NCBI GenBank assembly: GCA_963701295.1
Contig: OY969585.1
Location: 3,520,001 to 3,584,000 of the forward strand
DNA: 64,000 nucleotides
Direction: 5' to 3'
DNA from: Ignavibacteriota bacterium
Lineage (GTDB): Bacteria > Bacteroidota > Ignavibacteria > UBA10030
How positions within the stretch are numbered: position 1 is the first letter of the stretch; every line of letters starts with the position of its first letter. The position numbers were made by a program, and so were the translations under genes. Shown one piece after another: positions 60,408-64,000 of this stretch. The notes beneath the pieces are model-generated. The model was not told the DNA's origin, made no database searches, and saw nothing but the letters and a program-made list of their open reading frames with translations.

Positions 60408-61679
60408 TTAAATGGTTCTTGTTTCTTGAGCATGTACAAATTTATTATAGAGAACCATCAACAACGTACCAAGTGCGCCTATGCCTATGAGTGCAAACCA
60501 CACCATTTCCGGTTTGCCATTTGCTTTGGAAGTTTGATAGAGCCATCCGCCAAGGGGATCGCCGACAAATCTTGCTATGGCAATGGGCAAAAATGCATAT
60601 CCCTGATACAATCCTTGCTGGCCTGGAGGAGCGATTTCTGAAATATACTCATAATATCGTGGTGCTTGGATCATTTCACCGATAGCGAATGCAACGATGC
60701 CGGCTGCAATTGTTGGAATACTTGGATAGATGCCGATGATGAGCCAGATGAAACTCGATACCGCGAATCCAAGAACGATTGCAGTACGTGTCGGAATATT
60801 CTTCGTGACACGATTGAGCGGAATCTGAAAGAGAATAATCGCCCCGGCTCCAGCCCATGATTGAAGAATCTCATACGGCGCGTTTGCATTGATGTAATCA
60901 GTGACATAATAGGGGACGATGATGAATTCCTGCCAAAAGATAATCCAGTAGAGAGAATAGATAAGCAGAAAGATCATGAATTTGAAATTTGCCAGTACCA
61001 CAAACAGATTGGTGATCTTTTTCCCAAGAGATTCGATGACTTCCGTGCGTGCGCTCTTCACTTCCTTGTAGAGAATTAAATTGACAATGAGCATTGCAAG
61101 GCAGCTGATCGACGAAACCACATAGACAAATTCATTCCCAAATTTGTCGCGCACAAAATAGGCGATTGTGGGTCCAAGTAATGCTCCGACATTGACTAAC
61201 CAGTAGTACACCGCAAACCCCAGCGACTTTGTTTCCTCTTTCGATGTCACGGCAACCGTTCCAAGTACAGACGGTTTGATGAATGAACCGCCAAACGCCG
61301 TCAGGACTAGAAAAATCAGCAATAACCAGTACAGATTGAAATTACTATAAACACCGGCAAATGCACTCATTCCGACAGATCCGATTAAAAAATATCCGAG
61401 CGCCAGAATGGAAAAGGCAATATTAAATGCACGGCGAAATCCCCACTTATCTGCGAGCGTGCCTCCGAGGATCGGCAGCAAATAAATCAATCCACCGAAG
61501 ATTCCAGAAAGTTGTCCGGCTTCTGTCTCTGTGAATCCAAGTTTATTACGGAGGTAAATCATGAAAACAATTTGCTGTCCGTAATATGCCAGCCGCTCGA
61601 ACAGCTCCATTCCGTTGGCGACCCAGAATGTCGGGTGAAAACCGTTGCGGATTTCTTGCGCTCTCGCTCGAATTTTCAA
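60408..61679 (-). CDS. MFS transporter, POT/PTR-like
   Basis: 'ELFERLAYYG' (ExxERF/xYYG), 'GGTLADKWG', 'IKP'. Confidence 0.85.
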   Translation of the reverse strand: MKIRARAQEIRNGFHPTFWVANGMELFERLAYYGQQIVFMIYLRNKLGFTETEAGQLSGIFGGLIYLLPILGGTLADKWGFRRAFNIAFSILALGYFLIGSVGMSAFAGVYSNFNLYWLLLIFLVLTAFGGSFIKPSVLGTVAVTSKEETKSLGFAVYYWLVNVGALLGPTIAYFVRDKFGNEFVYVVSSISCLAMLIVNLILYKEVKSARTEVIESLGKKITNLFVVLANFKFMIFLLIYSLYWIIFWQEFIIVPYYVTDYINANAPYEILQSWAGAGAIILFQIPLNRVTKNIPTRTAIVLGFAVSSFIWLIIGIYPSIPTIAAGIVAFAIGEMIQAPRYYEYISEIAPPGQQGLYQGYAFLPIAIARFVGDPLGGWLYQTSKANGKPEMVWFALIGIGALGTLLMVLYNKFVHAQETRTI

Positions 61680-61725
61680 ATATCACCCTTCCTGCAATTT
61701 GAGAGATGAAATTTTACATTTTGTA

Positions 61726-62619
61726 TCAGATCGTACTTAATCCAGCTTCCTTGACGATGACTGGTGTTATGCTTTCCCACATAACAGGCATGATATGGAT
61801 GCCCCGTACTCCTTTTATCTTTTTGAGCGCTTTAATCATTTCAATCGCAATTTTTATTCCTTCTTCTTTTGGGTCGGAAGCGTTTTCCAAGCGGTTGATA
61901 TACTCGTCATTTATTTTTACACCGGGAACTTCCTTTTTCATATGATGTAAAGCCTTTACAGATTTCACCGGCATAACGCCGGCAAGAATTGCGCATTTCT
62001 CATGCAGCCCCATCTCAACAACTTTTTCCATCCAGCGGGTAAAAATATCCATATCAAATACCGGCTGAGTCTGGATGAAACGTGCTCCTGTTTTTACTTT
62101 TTTATGTAAACGGATGAGCCGCATTTCAAACGGCTCGGCAAATGGATTCGCTGCAGCACCAACGAAAAAGTCGGGAGCTTTTTTCATTTCTTGTTCGGAA
62201 AGTAAAAAACCGCTGTTCATCTTAGCAACTGTAGCAATGAGCTGTATTGAATCTAAATCAAACACGCCTTTTGCTTCCGGCTGGTCGCCGAATTTCTGGT
62301 AATCGCCGGTTAAACAGAGTAAGTTATGAATGCCAAGTGCAGCAGCCCCCAACAAATCGCTCTGAAGAGCAATCCTATTACGATCGCGGCATGTCATCTG
62401 CATAATCGGTTCGAGGCCTTCCTCCAACAATATTTTTGCTGAAGCTATGCTTGATAACCGAACAATAGCAGTCTGATTATCTGTTATATTCACCGCGTCA
62501 ACAACGCCTTTGAAATACTTGGATTTTTCCCTGATGACATTCCCGTCGCAGCTTTTTGGCGGACCAATCTCACCGCAAACGATAAACCTTCCTGATTCAA
62601 TTTTTTCTTTGAGTGTCAT
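61726..62619 (-). CDS. metF: Methylenetetrahydrofolate reductase
   Basis: 'E..PP', 'NITDN', 'TCRDRNR', 'LTGD', 'IQTQP'. Confidence 0.9.
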   Translation of the reverse strand: MTLKEKIESGRFIVCGEIGPPKSCDGNVIREKSKYFKGVVDAVNITDNQTAIVRLSSIASAKILLEEGLEPIMQMTCRDRNRIALQSDLLGAAALGIHNLLCLTGDYQKFGDQPEAKGVFDLDSIQLIATVAKMNSGFLLSEQEMKKAPDFFVGAAANPFAEPFEMRLIRLHKKVKTGARFIQTQPVFDMDIFTRWMEKVVEMGLHEKCAILAGVMPVKSVKALHHMKKEVPGVKINDEYINRLENASDPKEEGIKIAIEMIKALKKIKGVRGIHIMPVMWESITPVIVKEAGLSTI

Positions 62620-63055
62620 CGGATAGAATTTCCTTCACTTTCCGCTTATCGCCGCGAACAAACCAAATCGGTGCATCAATTCGTTTCATGAATACGTTGA
62701 GCCAGGCGGATGTGCCCTCTAAATTCCAGTTATGGATCTTATTTATTTTATATAACAAGTTTAAGCGATTCAACATTTTCGAACGATAATAGATCCTATA
62801 CCAAACACATTTTCGTTCTGGATATACTTCGCACGATCCTCCTGCGCCTGTTCCTCCACACGGCCCATTGCGTATCCTTTTGGGACATCTCTGACTGCAG
62901 ATGAAAGCTGTAGACGATAATATGCATTCGCCGCAGTGCTGACAACCGAAGACCGGCACTTTTACAATGTCTTCAAAAAGAAGTAGGAGGCGTGAGATTT
63001 TTTTTTCGCGCGGTGATATCGGAGGTTTTCCGGATGTAACAAAATCAATTGACAT
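62597..63055 (-). CDS. MetV-like Cys-rich MTHFR partner subunit
   Basis: 'CQHCGEC', 'CPK..RNGPCGG', 'CEV', 'CVW'; overlaps metF. Confidence 0.8.
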   Translation of the reverse strand: MSIDFVTSGKPPISPREKKISRLLLLFEDIVKVPVFGCQHCGECILSSTAFICSQRCPKRIRNGPCGGTGAGGSCEVYPERKCVWYRIYYRSKMLNRLNLLYKINKIHNWNLEGTSAWLNVFMKRIDAPIWFVRGDKRKVKEILSDDTQRKN

Positions 63056-63091
63056 GTGATCTATTTCTCTTTTCTCTCAGAAATTTCTTTT

Positions 63092-63964
63092 CTAAGAATA
63101 GAAACCCATTACCCTCATAATTGCATCAAAACCATCCAATTGAAGTACATCTTTTAAGCATTGCATTGCAGGGTGATCCTCCGTCAGGATCGAATAATTA
63201 CGTTTGACAGAACCGATAATAGTATTCAATCCCATCGGCATCGCCATAGTTAAGAAAGCGCTCTCCAAAGGACCCTTTACCGGTGATCCGTCAGCCCGTT
63301 TGGAAGGAAGCATAACGGTAAAATTGCTTAACCCAACTGATATATTCACACTTTGAAGGTCCGCATCTTCATGAATCAATTTGATTGTATTTATCAATCT
63401 CTTAAAATTTCCTTCCGAATCACTTCCAATCGGCACGATACCTGGATCAAGAATAACCTCACTGTTCTTTACACTGCTTATGCGCTCACGGGCGATATTC
63501 ATCATAACTTTTGCCGTCGCATGCGTTTCTTCTGCTGTTTTATTCATTTTTAAATCGCCGCTTTGATCCGAACCTTCTGTAACAAGGAGGATCGGAATAA
63601 ATGGCTGCTTTTTATAAATATCGAACATTTGCAGTCGCGCCTGAGAGATTGAATTTATGATCGGCTTTCTTTTTCCTGCACGTTCAGGATTGTACGCTTC
63701 CAGCCCTGCGGTGGCTATTTCAGGATCAGGTGTATCGATCGAAAGAGGAAGTGCAATGTGCTCTTGAATTTTCGTTACAATATCTGCCATGAATCCAGGG
63801 GAACGCAATCCTACATTTACATCTATATAGGCAGCGCCGCTTTCTGCCTGCGATTTTGCCAGCTCCACTATTCCAGCAATATCATTCTTTTCGAATAATG
63901 TATGGGTAGAAGGCACAGAATCATTTATTGATTCGCCGATAATCGTCAGGCCTGCAATGCTCAT
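63092..63964 (-). CDS. Pterin-binding methyltransferase (AcsE or stand-alone MetH folate domain)
   Basis: 'IIGESIN', 'IDVN', 'LSIDT', 'INS', 'GLSN'. Confidence 0.8.
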   Translation of the reverse strand: MSIAGLTIIGESINDSVPSTHTLFEKNDIAGIVELAKSQAESGAAYIDVNVGLRSPGFMADIVTKIQEHIALPLSIDTPDPEIATAGLEAYNPERAGKRKPIINSISQARLQMFDIYKKQPFIPILLVTEGSDQSGDLKMNKTAEETHATAKVMMNIARERISSVKNSEVILDPGIVPIGSDSEGNFKRLINTIKLIHEDADLQSVNISVGLSNFTVMLPSKRADGSPVKGPLESAFLTMAMPMGLNTIIGSVKRNYSILTEDHPAMQCLKDVLQLDGFDAIMRVMGFYS

Positions 63965-64000
63965 AGACGTTCCTTTTTCGTTAAGACATTTTTACAATAA

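Overview
Bacterial chromosomal window, probably from Ignavibacteria or a relative in the Bacteroidota-Chlorobi group. This is inferred from the many proteins ending in a 'QNYPNPFNP...KKLVLLK' T9SS-type sorting domain. Left end (1-10.7 kb): type IV pilus genes (pilC, frameshifted pilB, pilT, pilM/N-like), an acyl-ACP synthetase, an MFS transporter and plsC. Centre (about 11.0-47.7 kb): a complete integron of about 36 kb. It has intI at 46706-47665, attI at about 46436-46550 and about 18 long attC sites, some split, truncated or degenerate. The cassettes lie almost all on the minus strand, are unusually large and often multi-gene, and encode secreted T9SS cargo, glycoside hydrolases, a TonB receptor, esterases and a BrnTA toxin-antitoxin pair. 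The most striking signal is that the attC sites are parasitised at several scales. Two unrelated IS110-family elements (one IS621-like, one IS1111-like in two copies) sit at the same CTGG of attC, and each has a non-coding end with readable guide segments matching attC and its own circle junction, as in bridge RNAs. The two IS1111-like copies are duplicated together with the whole attC body, yet lie on different genes. A transposase-less insert of about 290 bp carrying attC-matching motifs, several 20-45 bp hairpin insertions and apparently a whole serpin gene also lie inside attC sites. Right end (48-64 kb): a PLD-nuclease T9SS protein, a mutT-mutY-ogg cluster, a pilin-like gene, yajQ, an amidase, mntH, transporters and metF/metV/AcsE-like genes. 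At least six single-base frameshifts suggest possible assembly indel errors. All coordinates were read by eye and may be off by a few bases.
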